Source of the DNA: Candidatus Woesearchaeota archaeon | GTDB taxonomy: Archaea; Nanobdellota; Nanobdellia; UBA10117; JABICX01 | NCBI GenBank assembly: GCA_018652045.1 | Contig: JABICX010000010.1 | Coordinates: 114-64,113, forward strand | Length of the DNA stretch: 64,000 bases | Reading direction: 5' to 3' | In this document: positions 47,665 to 55,785 of the stretch, in pieces | Layout: the number at the start of each line of letters is the position of its first letter | Numbering within the stretch: position 1 is the stretch's first letter | Notes under the pieces: generated by a model | What the model saw: the letters and a program-made list of their open reading frames with translations, nothing else | Database searches by the model: none | Told to the model about the DNA's origin: nothing | Made by a program: the position numbers and the translations under genes

Positions 47665-49287
47665 ATGCGGTTTAATCGATCACATGTCCTGTTGTTTCTG
47701 ATTTTGTTACTAACACTTGTTATTCGAATACCAGGTATTGACCAAGCGTTGTTTGGTGATGAGCAAGATTTAGTTGTTGGTGTGTACGCTCATGAGGCTT
47801 TTGGATTTAATCCAATTGTTAGTCATGCTCCGCTTGCGTCGTGGATATTTCAAGCAATCGGAATGCTTTGCCAATCGATTTGGTGCTTTAGATTGTTTAT
47901 GGCGTTTTTGGGAACCGTAACGATTTTACTGATTTTTATGATTGGTAAAAAAGTATACAATACTCGAGCAGGACTTGCTGCAAGCCTAATCGCAAGCCTA
48001 TCTTTTTACCATGTTCTCGCATCTAACCAACTTGCAGATGATGGTGCACTAGCACTTATGTTTTACTCCTTGTTTTTCTATGTGTATATACATTATCGGG
48101 AGAATCCTTCAAACCGACTAGCTGTGTCGTTAGGTATCATCTTCGGACTTGCTTTGATTACAAAAGAAACGTCTATCTTCATGTTAGCGATCGTTGCGAT
48201 ATATGAATCGCTTGAGTTAGTACGTAGTTCAGCAAGTATAACTACATGGTTTTCACGAATCAAAATGTATGTTCCTGTTGCTTCGATTGGAGCGTTGTTT
48301 GTTGCAGGTTTTTTAACTCTCGCATATATTGCAAATACTACTTTGTTAGGTAAGATTTTGCAGAGAAGTGGTGGAAATATTGGTGTAGGTGTTTCTTTTT
48401 TAGGAATAAGTATGTTTCTGTTTTGGGCTACACCGTTTCTTATTGGATTGTTTCTAATAGCCACGTTAGATCGAGATAGACGTAATGATTTGTTTATAAT
48501 TTGGTTCGCAATAATCTTTGTGTTTTACTCGTTCTTTGTGAAGCAAGGAGACTACAGTCGATATTACATGAACTTAATCATACCAATGTCGCTAGTTGCT
48601 GGGAACTTTCTTGGGCGAGTTAAGTTTAGAAAGATACATCTTATGTTTGGATCTGCAATCGCCGCAGCGTATTATATTTTACTTACTTTGTTATCTCGAG
48701 AGACTTTCCAGTATGTTCCAAGAGATATGAATTTGTATATATCCAAGATACAAAGTTTAGATTTTAGCTTTATGTTCTCATATGTTAGTAGTTCGGGTCC
48801 ATATGTGCTTCTACCATTCAACACAATTGTGCTGACCTTTGTAGCGTGTGCATCGTTGTTTTTGTTATATATCGTAGTACCTAAAAAAGTTAAGACATGT
48901 TTATTGGTGAGTTTTATCGCTATAGCATTCACATTTAATATTTTCTTACTTAATCAGTACCTGTTTGCGTTAGATACACCAGATGTTAGCCAGACCGTTA
49001 CAGATTCGATTGAATATTATCAGGGCTTAGAGTCCGATGCTATCGTGTATTCTAATAACGACGCGTTACTGTTTATGTTAGATGCTAACTACTTGCGTAA
49101 GGATGGATTTTATTACGTTGGAAACTACGGCGAATCCCTTCCAAAAGTAACGAAAGGTAATATTTTGCTTTTAGATTACCCAACAATTCCTAGAGATAGT
49201 GAGTTATGGATTTGGGCAGAGAGTTGCGATCTACGTGAGCGTTTTAGCTCTGAAGGACAGGCATTCGTCTACATATATAGTTGCTAG
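47665..49287 (+). CDS. GT-C fold glycosyltransferase (ArnT/PMT-like), second copy
   Basis: Polytopic. RIPGIDQALFGDEQD first-loop acidic motif, typical of polyprenyl-phosphate-sugar-dependent GT-C enzymes. Confidence 0.65.
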   Translation: MRFNRSHVLLFLILLLTLVIRIPGIDQALFGDEQDLVVGVYAHEAFGFNPIVSHAPLASWIFQAIGMLCQSIWCFRLFMAFLGTVTILLIFMIGKKVYNTRAGLAASLIASLSFYHVLASNQLADDGALALMFYSLFFYVYIHYRENPSNRLAVSLGIIFGLALITKETSIFMLAIVAIYESLELVRSSASITTWFSRIKMYVPVASIGALFVAGFLTLAYIANTTLLGKILQRSGGNIGVGVSFLGISMFLFWATPFLIGLFLIATLDRDRRNDLFIIWFAIIFVFYSFFVKQGDYSRYYMNLIIPMSLVAGNFLGRVKFRKIHLMFGSAIAAAYYILLTLLSRETFQYVPRDMNLYISKIQSLDFSFMFSYVSSSGPYVLLPFNTIVLTFVACASLFLLYIVVPKKVKTCLLVSFIAIAFTFNIFLLNQYLFALDTPDVSQTVTDSIEYYQGLESDAIVYSNNDALLFMLDANYLRKDGFYYVGNYGESLPKVTKGNILLLDYPTIPRDSELWIWAESCDLRERFSSEGQAFVYIYSC

Positions 49288-49325
49288 AGTAAAAGTTTAT
49301 ATATTGCGTTAGTACTTCAGCTATT

Positions 49326-49478
49326 ATGGCTAATCTCGTTACTGAAATGTGGGATTTTCTTAAGGTTAGGAAGAAGTGGTGGTTACTTCCCGTAATTGTC
49401 ATGATATTATTAGTCGGTATCTTAATCATATTTGCACAGAGCAGCGCACTTTCACCGTTTATATATGCTCTATTCTAA
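49326..49478 (+). CDS. DUF5989-like small membrane protein (50 aa), not in the ORF track
   Basis: Hand translation: MANLVTEMWDFLKVRKKWWLLPVIVMILLVGILIIFAQSSALSPFIYALF. This is the characteristic ..W.FL..RKKWWLLPI......G.L.....S..APFIY.LF pattern. Confidence 0.7.
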   Translation: MANLVTEMWDFLKVRKKWWLLPVIVMILLVGILIIFAQSSALSPFIYALF

Positions 49479-49511
49479 TAATACTTATAATCTTGTTACT
49501 TGGAGTTAAGA

Positions 49512-49691
49512 ATGGTCAGACGATATTCTATTGGAAAACACTTAGGATTCATTGTAGCAGATGTGTTTTTCTTTACAGTTTTGTTTTTGATTCTTACATA
49601 TACGAATAAACTTCCAGAGTATGTTGTCTATGAGTATATGCTGATCCTAGCATTAATTATATGGATAATCCATGTAGGAGTCAAAAAATGA
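49512..49691 (+). CDS. small two-TM membrane protein (possibly SxtJ-like)
   Basis: ATG at 49512 (MVRRYSIGKHLGF...). Its TGA overlaps the ATG of the next ORF (ATGA at 49688-49691), which suggests translational coupling. Confidence 0.35.
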   Translation: MVRRYSIGKHLGFIVADVFFFTVLFLILTYTNKLPEYVVYEYMLILALIIWIIHVGVKK

Positions 49692-49915
49692 ACTTTGTCC
49701 AAGGTGTTAAAGATGGCTTCAAAGAATTTGGTGAGCGAGTTACTTCAGTAGTTAACTTCGTGCTACTACTAATTGTGTATGTTATTGGTGTTGGTATCAC
49801 GACGATACTAGCAAAGATCACAAAGCAGAAATTATTAGATTTTAGTTTTAAGGACGGTCGAGATAGCTACTGGGTAGATCATAAAGAGGAGGTTGATTAT
49901 ACAAAACAATTTTAA
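49688..49915 (+). CDS. small membrane protein associated with the carbamoyltransferase
   Basis: MNFVQGVKDGFKEFGERVTSVVNFVLLLIVYVIGVGITTILAKI...SYW...QF. One TM helix. Ends 1 nt before the carbamoyltransferase ATG. Confidence 0.45.
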   Translation: MNFVQGVKDGFKEFGERVTSVVNFVLLLIVYVIGVGITTILAKITKQKLLDFSFKDGRDSYWVDHKEEVDYTKQF

Positions 49916-49916
49916 A

Positions 49917-51671
49917 ATGTATATTTTAGGAATCTCTTGTTATTATCATGATGCGTCGGCAGCGCTCCTAAAAGATGGAGTTATCGTAGCTGCTGCAGAA
50001 GAAGAACGATTTACGCGGAAGAAACATGATATTAGTTTTCCAACTAACGCGATAAACTATTGTTTGAAGGAGGTAGGTATATCTGCAGATAAACTTGATT
50101 ACGTAACTTTTTACGAAAAACCTTTCTTAAAGTTTGAACGGATTTTATATCAACACATAACTATGTTTCCACGTAGTTTCTGGTCGTTTTACAAGACAGT
50201 ACCTTCATGGGTAAATGAGCGTCTACGAATACGTCGAATGTTAAAGAAAACGTTAAAGTATGACGGAAAAGTTTTCTTTGTAGAACATCATCAAGCACAT
50301 GCAGCATCTTCATATCTAATAAGTCCTTTTGACAAAGCCGCATTGTTAACTGTTGATGGTGTTGGTGAATGGGCTACAACAACCTTTGGATATGCTAAAG
50401 GAACAGATTTGAAGATTATGAAGGAGATTAACTTTCCACATTCATTGGGTTTGTTATATAGCGCAGTAACTGCCTATCTTGGTTTTAAGGTAAATAATTC
50501 AGAGTATAAGGTCATGGGTTTAAGTCCATATGGAAATCGAACAAAGTCTAACCCATATTATGCTAAGATGCGTAAGTTGATTGATATTAAACCTGATGGA
50601 AGTTATGCTTTAGATATGAGTTACTTTGTTTATCATTATAAAATGTCTATGCCAAGCTCTAAGTTTGTCAAAGTGTTTGGACCTACACGTAAATGGAGCG
50701 ATCCTTTAACAAAGCGACACAAAGATATTTCTGCAGCATTACAGATGGTAACTGAAGAAGCTATCTTTGCGATGCTGAATAGTCTATACAAAGAGACAAA
50801 GTGTACGAATCTGTGTATAGCGGGCGGGTGCGCACTTAATAGTGTTGCTAATGGTAAACTCTTACGAAATACGCCATTTAAGAAAATCTATATTCAACCA
50901 TCTGCGGGAGATGGTGGCACAAGTATGGGCGCAGCACTTTATACCTATAATGTAATACTTGGAAAAAAGAAACGTTATGTTTTAACTGACGCGTTCTTTG
51001 GACCGCAGTTTACTGATCGACAGATTAAGAAGTTCTTAGATCGGAACAAGATTAAGTATACACAGTTTAAGAGCGATAAAGAGTTAGTCAAGACGGTTGC
51101 TTCGTTGATTAAGACTGAGAATGTTATTGGCTGGTTCCAAGGAAGAATGGAATGGGGACCTCGTGCATTGGGTGCTAGAAGCATATTATCTGATCCAACA
51201 AATCCAAAGATGCAAGATATCCTAAACTTAAAAGTAAAACATCGAGAGAAGTTTAGACCTTTTGCACCCGTTATCTGTGCAGATGATGCTAAAACTTATT
51301 TTGAGTGTGATGAACCTGTGCCAGTTCCAACCGACTTTATGTTAATGGTTTATCCAATTAAGAAGTTCGCACGATCTAAAGTACCCTCAATAACACACGT
51401 TGACGGATCGGGTAGATTACAGACGATCCGCCGAAAAGATAATCAACTTTATTATGATCTGATCAAAGAGTTCGGCAAGATATCAAAAATACCGATCTTG
51501 ATTAATACTTCATTCAATATCCGTGGCGAGCCAATCGTATGTACGCCATTCCATGCATATCGTTGTATGATGGGAACTGGAATTGATTATCTAGTTATGA
51601 ATCGGTTCTTTATCGGTCGAGCAGATAACCCACAACACATGTGGGATAGTGAGAGCCATGCGAAGGATTGA
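49917..51671 (+). CDS. carbamoyltransferase (NodU/CmcH family)
   Basis: MYILGISCYYHDASAALLKDG, EERFTRKKHD and HHQAHAASS. C-terminal domain GRMEWGPRALGARSIL and TSFNIRGEPIV. The track start at 49893 is TTG. Confidence 0.9.
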   Translation: MYILGISCYYHDASAALLKDGVIVAAAEEERFTRKKHDISFPTNAINYCLKEVGISADKLDYVTFYEKPFLKFERILYQHITMFPRSFWSFYKTVPSWVNERLRIRRMLKKTLKYDGKVFFVEHHQAHAASSYLISPFDKAALLTVDGVGEWATTTFGYAKGTDLKIMKEINFPHSLGLLYSAVTAYLGFKVNNSEYKVMGLSPYGNRTKSNPYYAKMRKLIDIKPDGSYALDMSYFVYHYKMSMPSSKFVKVFGPTRKWSDPLTKRHKDISAALQMVTEEAIFAMLNSLYKETKCTNLCIAGGCALNSVANGKLLRNTPFKKIYIQPSAGDGGTSMGAALYTYNVILGKKKRYVLTDAFFGPQFTDRQIKKFLDRNKIKYTQFKSDKELVKTVASLIKTENVIGWFQGRMEWGPRALGARSILSDPTNPKMQDILNLKVKHREKFRPFAPVICADDAKTYFECDEPVPVPTDFMLMVYPIKKFARSKVPSITHVDGSGRLQTIRRKDNQLYYDLIKEFGKISKIPILINTSFNIRGEPIVCTPFHAYRCMMGTGIDYLVMNRFFIGRADNPQHMWDSESHAKD

Positions 51672-51678
51672 TTATTAC

Positions 51679-52719
51679 ATGTTGAAAGTGAGACAGATGT
51701 TTATCAACCTAGTTTTGCTAGCTTTTGTTTTAGTTATTATGTTAAGTTTATTTGAGGGTGGATTGCGTGTTATTTCGTCGCACGAACGTGATATGATATC
51801 AACACCAAATGGATACGTATACAAACCAAACTCGACAATAGTGTATGAGACCGAGCATTTTTCAAACACGTACGAAATTAATTCAGAAGGTTTTGTTGAT
51901 TATGATCATGAACTAACATCTGAAAAGTATCGTATTGCTTTACTTGGAGATTCGTTTATTGAGGCGACACAGGTTCCGTTTGATCTTGCATTACCAAGAC
52001 TTATGGAATCCGTGGATGTGGAAGTTATGAGTTTTGGTCTAAGTGCGATTGGAACAAGTCAGGAGTTAATCATCTTTAACGAGTATACTTCAAAGTATCG
52101 TCCAGATGCTGTTGTGTTGTTTTTCTTTGCAGGAAATGATTTGATAAACAATCATTACGACTTGCAAGATGATGTATATCGTCCATACTATGTTCTTGAA
52201 GATGGTGAACTTCAGTTAGTGCGATATGAACCAACATTACGTGATCGTGCAATAAAGTTAGCTAAGAAAAGTTATGCTATACGGTTCTTTAACACAAAGT
52301 TTCAGATACTTTTAGGTACTAAGAATACGCAGGGTGGCGCAGTTGCAAAGTATTATGTTTATGATGATGAGTGGCCCAAAGCATATGTTGAATCTTGGGA
52401 GGTTACACAAAAAGTTATCTTACAGCTTCAACAAGATGTTGAGAAAGATGGCGCAGAGTTTTTGTTAGTTGTTGTTAATGGTCCCGAACATGTTGACTCT
52501 ACGATTCGAGAGGAGGTAGAAGGATTAATTGGTACGCCACTAAACTGGACCCTACCAAATGATAAAATGCAAGTTTTCTGTGAGACTAATGAGATACATT
52601 GTATTGATCTAAAAGACCATTTCGTACAAGCTTCTTTGCACATAGAAGGCAATGGACATTGGAGTGAAGAAGGACATCGTTTAGTTTCAGAAGTTGTATT
52701 AGACGCACTTCGCTATTGA
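51679..52719 (+). CDS. membrane-anchored SGNH/GDSL-type hydrolase or acyl-esterase
   Basis: N-terminal TM (FINLVLLAFVLVIMLSL). Block I RIALLGDSFIEA. Later GND block (FFAGNDLINN). C-terminal GHWSEEGH. The exact start is uncertain (51649 GTG, 51658, 51679 or 51697). Confidence 0.6.
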   Translation: MLKVRQMFINLVLLAFVLVIMLSLFEGGLRVISSHERDMISTPNGYVYKPNSTIVYETEHFSNTYEINSEGFVDYDHELTSEKYRIALLGDSFIEATQVPFDLALPRLMESVDVEVMSFGLSAIGTSQELIIFNEYTSKYRPDAVVLFFFAGNDLINNHYDLQDDVYRPYYVLEDGELQLVRYEPTLRDRAIKLAKKSYAIRFFNTKFQILLGTKNTQGGAVAKYYVYDDEWPKAYVESWEVTQKVILQLQQDVEKDGAEFLLVVVNGPEHVDSTIREEVEGLIGTPLNWTLPNDKMQVFCETNEIHCIDLKDHFVQASLHIEGNGHWSEEGHRLVSEVVLDALRY

Positions 52720-53619
52720 TCTAACTTTGTTTAGGTTCTTAACTTTAGATTTGTTTACAAATAATAAGTTCATTATACCGTTGTTGTAATCACCGTATTC
52801 TTTGATCTGTGTGAAGTTATGATTGTCAAAGAAGTCCAGTACATCTTGATAATAAAGTGGGGTTGTCTCAAGTACGACATACTTTGTGTTCTTGATAGAA
52901 GAAGTCATTCCTTTCAAAACAGATAGTTCATGACCCTCTACATCAATCTTTACCATATCTACTTTGAGTTTAAGCGAGTCAAACTTTTTAGTTTTGATAG
53001 ATATCTGACGTACGTATTTATTCTGAGTGTATTTTTGAAAGTTTGAGTCTAAACTGTGACTCCCATCATTTTCATCACTCAAGGAAATCTTTGCAGTTGA
53101 GTTTTTGTTTGATAATGCAAAGTCGTGTACTTTGACATTGTTGAAATTATTTAGTTTTATGTTGCTTTTTAGTTCTTTAAGTGCAGAAGGAACGGGTTCA
53201 AATGCATATACTTGCTTACAGACACTAGCAGCCATGAGCGCAGTCTGACCAATGTTTGCGCCAATATCTGCATAGGTACTTTTCGTATCGAGTAGTTTAG
53301 TGATGAGTAGACCGAGATCGTCGTTGTTGTCCTTGTATAAGAAAAGCCGACCAACAAAACTTCGTAGATTAAGTCTAAGTTTGTAATTGAGTTTCTTATC
53401 TTTAATGTATATGTAATCTCGTGTCACATAGATATCTTTTTTAAGATCTTTAAGTGACGCGTTTAGAAAATGAAATGCAAAGTGCTTTACATACGAGTTT
53501 CTAAGTTTGTAATAATGCTGCTTAGCTAGTTGAATTCTCAACGCTAGTGGTAAGAACGTGAGTAGTCTTCCGATTGACTTAAACCCATAACTCATTACAT
53601 TTAGTGGCTTTATGCGCAT
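52699..53619 (-). CDS. FkbM-family SAM-dependent methyltransferase
   Basis: YADIGANIGQTALMAA ... AFEPVP ... IDVEGHELSVLKG are FkbM signatures. Start moved to the ATG at 53619 (MRIKPLNV), because the 412-aa track ORF overlaps the divergent gene at 53723 by 215 nt. Confidence 0.7.
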   Translation of the reverse strand: MRIKPLNVMSYGFKSIGRLLTFLPLALRIQLAKQHYYKLRNSYVKHFAFHFLNASLKDLKKDIYVTRDYIYIKDKKLNYKLRLNLRSFVGRLFLYKDNNDDLGLLITKLLDTKSTYADIGANIGQTALMAASVCKQVYAFEPVPSALKELKSNIKLNNFNNVKVHDFALSNKNSTAKISLSDENDGSHSLDSNFQKYTQNKYVRQISIKTKKFDSLKLKVDMVKIDVEGHELSVLKGMTSSIKNTKYVVLETTPLYYQDVLDFFDNHNFTQIKEYGDYNNGIMNLLFVNKSKVKNLNKVRSIAKCV

Positions 53620-53722
53620 GTATGAAAGCAAGGAAGTGTGGTTATTAATGTTTCCATAGCTGAATATAGATATATGTTTGAGTTTGATAAATATTATAAA
53701 CGTTACTGCGCGATAATAATCG

Positions 53723-54892
53723 ATGGTAGATAGTACGCATAGATTAAACTTCGTTTTAGATATTGATGGAGTGCTAACTACAGGTAAGTTTCTGTATGAC
53801 GAGAACGGTAAGGCATACAAAGAGTTCGGTCCGCATGATGCGGACGGTTTAAAATTAGTTAAAGATAAAGTTAACATAACTTTTGTTACTGCAGATAAGC
53901 GAGGGTTTCCAATATCGTCAAAACGTATAACTGACATGGGATATCCAATTAAGTTATCTACCGAGAAAGATCGATATAATCAATTTAAGAACGACTTCGG
54001 TTTTAGTAATACTATTTTTATGGGTGACGGACTTCATGACGCACCAGTTTTGAAAGATTGCATGTTTGGCGTTGCACCCGCTAATGCTCGAAAAGAGGCA
54101 AAGCAGGCAGCAGATTTTGTAACGGAGTCAAAGTCTGCAGAGGGCGCAGTACTTGACGCTTGTATTGAGATCAATCGGAGATTTTTGCAAGGAGATAAAC
54201 TAAAATATAAAGTTTGTATCTTAGCTGCAGGAAAAGGTAGCCGAATGTCAGACTTTTGTGAGGTTTACAACAAAGCAATAATACCTGTTCAGGGTAAACC
54301 TGCAATATGTCATATTATTGAAAAGTTTCCAGAAGATGTTGAGATTGTAATTGCAGTAGGTTACAAGAAAGAAAGTATAAAGCACTACTTAAATTACGCA
54401 TATCCAAAACGTAAGATAACGTATGTGGAAGACTTTGAACTTAAAGGTCCGGGATATTCTTTGCTAAAATGTAAAGACCATCTTCAGAGTCCTTTCATTT
54501 TCTTTGCAGCGGACACACTTGTTAGAGAACCAATACCTTTGCCAGACAAAAACTGGTTTGGACTTACAGAAGTAAAAAATACTGAACGGTTCTGTTCAGC
54601 ATCCGTTACAGGAGATAAGATCTCACGCGTTGATGATAAGGTAAAGACTGACAATAAGTACGCATTTATTGGTTTAGCAGGCGTTTATGATTGGGAGTTT
54701 TTTTGGAACAGACTTACATCAAACGACCAAATCATTGCTGGCGAGATTCAGGTTTCAAATGGCTTTAGGGCTTTAATGGGAAAAGACATGTTTGCGGAGT
54801 ACTTTACTTGGTTTGATGTGGGCGTTCCAGAGGCATATGCATATGCGTTAGAGAACTTTCCTTTTGGTGAATCTTACAGGGGCGAAGATTAG
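53723..54892 (+). CDS. bifunctional KdsC-type HAD phosphatase / sugar-phosphate nucleotidyltransferase
   Basis: Residues 1-155: FVLDIDGVLTTG...DGLKL...FMGDGLHDAPVL...GAVLDAC (YrbI/KdsC subfamily). Residues about 161-389: KVCILAAGKGSRM (IspD/LicC-type loop) and a GT-A-like nucleotidyltransferase fold. Confidence 0.75.
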   Translation: MVDSTHRLNFVLDIDGVLTTGKFLYDENGKAYKEFGPHDADGLKLVKDKVNITFVTADKRGFPISSKRITDMGYPIKLSTEKDRYNQFKNDFGFSNTIFMGDGLHDAPVLKDCMFGVAPANARKEAKQAADFVTESKSAEGAVLDACIEINRRFLQGDKLKYKVCILAAGKGSRMSDFCEVYNKAIIPVQGKPAICHIIEKFPEDVEIVIAVGYKKESIKHYLNYAYPKRKITYVEDFELKGPGYSLLKCKDHLQSPFIFFAADTLVREPIPLPDKNWFGLTEVKNTERFCSASVTGDKISRVDDKVKTDNKYAFIGLAGVYDWEFFWNRLTSNDQIIAGEIQVSNGFRALMGKDMFAEYFTWFDVGVPEAYAYALENFPFGESYRGED

Positions 54893-54894
54893 AT

Positions 54895-55674
54895 ATGTTA
54901 GAGACAGCAAAGCTAGCAGCTAAGGAAGCTGGTAAAGTTATTTTAAAATACTTTAACCAAGATGTTGTTTTTTCTGAGAAAGAAGATAAGACGGTTGTCA
55001 GTATCGCTGACGAAGAATCTGAACAAGTAATAATAAAAACAATTAAAGAAAAGTTTCCAGATCATTCTATAAATGGTGAAGAAACTGGTCGAACAGGTGA
55101 TAGTGATATTGTTTGGCATGTAGATCCGTTAGATGGTACGAGTAATTTCAAAAACAAAATACCTTTTTCAACAGTTTCTATTGGTGTAGAGAAAGCAGGC
55201 AAGTTTATTTTAGGCGTAATCTATAATCCTTTTACTGACGAGTTGTTTTACGCAGAACTTGGAAATGGCGCGTATCTTAATGAGCTAAAGATACAAGTTA
55301 CAGACCTAAAGCTTTCAAAAGGCGCAGTAGTTTTAGACGCATCTTTTAGAGATGATCGAGCACATCGTAAGCTTAAGACGCAGGAAGAACTTCTGAATCA
55401 TACATCAAAGTTTAGAATGCTCGGCAGTAACGCACTACAATTGGCTGAACTTGCAAAAGGCCAGTATGTTTGTTCTATTTCTGACGCAATTCATACATAT
55501 GACTTTGCAGCAGGATTGGTTATTATTCGTGAGGCGGGCGGCGTTGTTACTGATCAATATGGTAATGAACCAACGGTGGATTCTGTTGTGATTGTAGCCA
55601 CAAATAATGTTGATAACCATGGAAAAGTTATAGATATAACCAAAAGAACCTATGCGGGATACAAAGGGATGTAA
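54895..55674 (+). CDS. inositol monophosphatase family phosphatase (IMPase/FBPase-like)
   Basis: WHVDPLDGTSNF and YDFAAG motifs. 259 aa. Starts 2 nt after the upstream stop. Confidence 0.85.
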   Translation: MLETAKLAAKEAGKVILKYFNQDVVFSEKEDKTVVSIADEESEQVIIKTIKEKFPDHSINGEETGRTGDSDIVWHVDPLDGTSNFKNKIPFSTVSIGVEKAGKFILGVIYNPFTDELFYAELGNGAYLNELKIQVTDLKLSKGAVVLDASFRDDRAHRKLKTQEELLNHTSKFRMLGSNALQLAELAKGQYVCSISDAIHTYDFAAGLVIIREAGGVVTDQYGNEPTVDSVVIVATNNVDNHGKVIDITKRTYAGYKGM

Positions 55675-55706
55675 AGTATATAATCTAGTTCTATAAATCT
55701 TATAAA

Positions 55707-55721
55707 CGTCGACGCTTTTTT
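55707..55721 (+). terminator. possible transcription stop: 8-bp palindrome CGTCGACG followed by a T6 run
   Basis: aaaCGTCGACGcTTTTTTag lies in the only sizeable intergenic gap (55675-55785) of the 53.7-60.5 kb gene string. Archaeal termination commonly uses oligo-T. Confidence 0.3.
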
Positions 55722-55785
55722 AGATACGTCAGCAGATAAGGATGCATGTGGCATCGAGATGGCTGTATTGTTGAGGTTGAGAAGT

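Noticed and set aside
53620-53937. First 106 aa of the 412-aa minus-strand ORF (FkbM methyltransferase)
   Set aside because: The extension overlaps the well-supported KdsC-type gene on the other strand by 215 nt, and it lacks any methyltransferase-family sequence. The internal ATG at 53619 leaves a normal divergent intergenic region.
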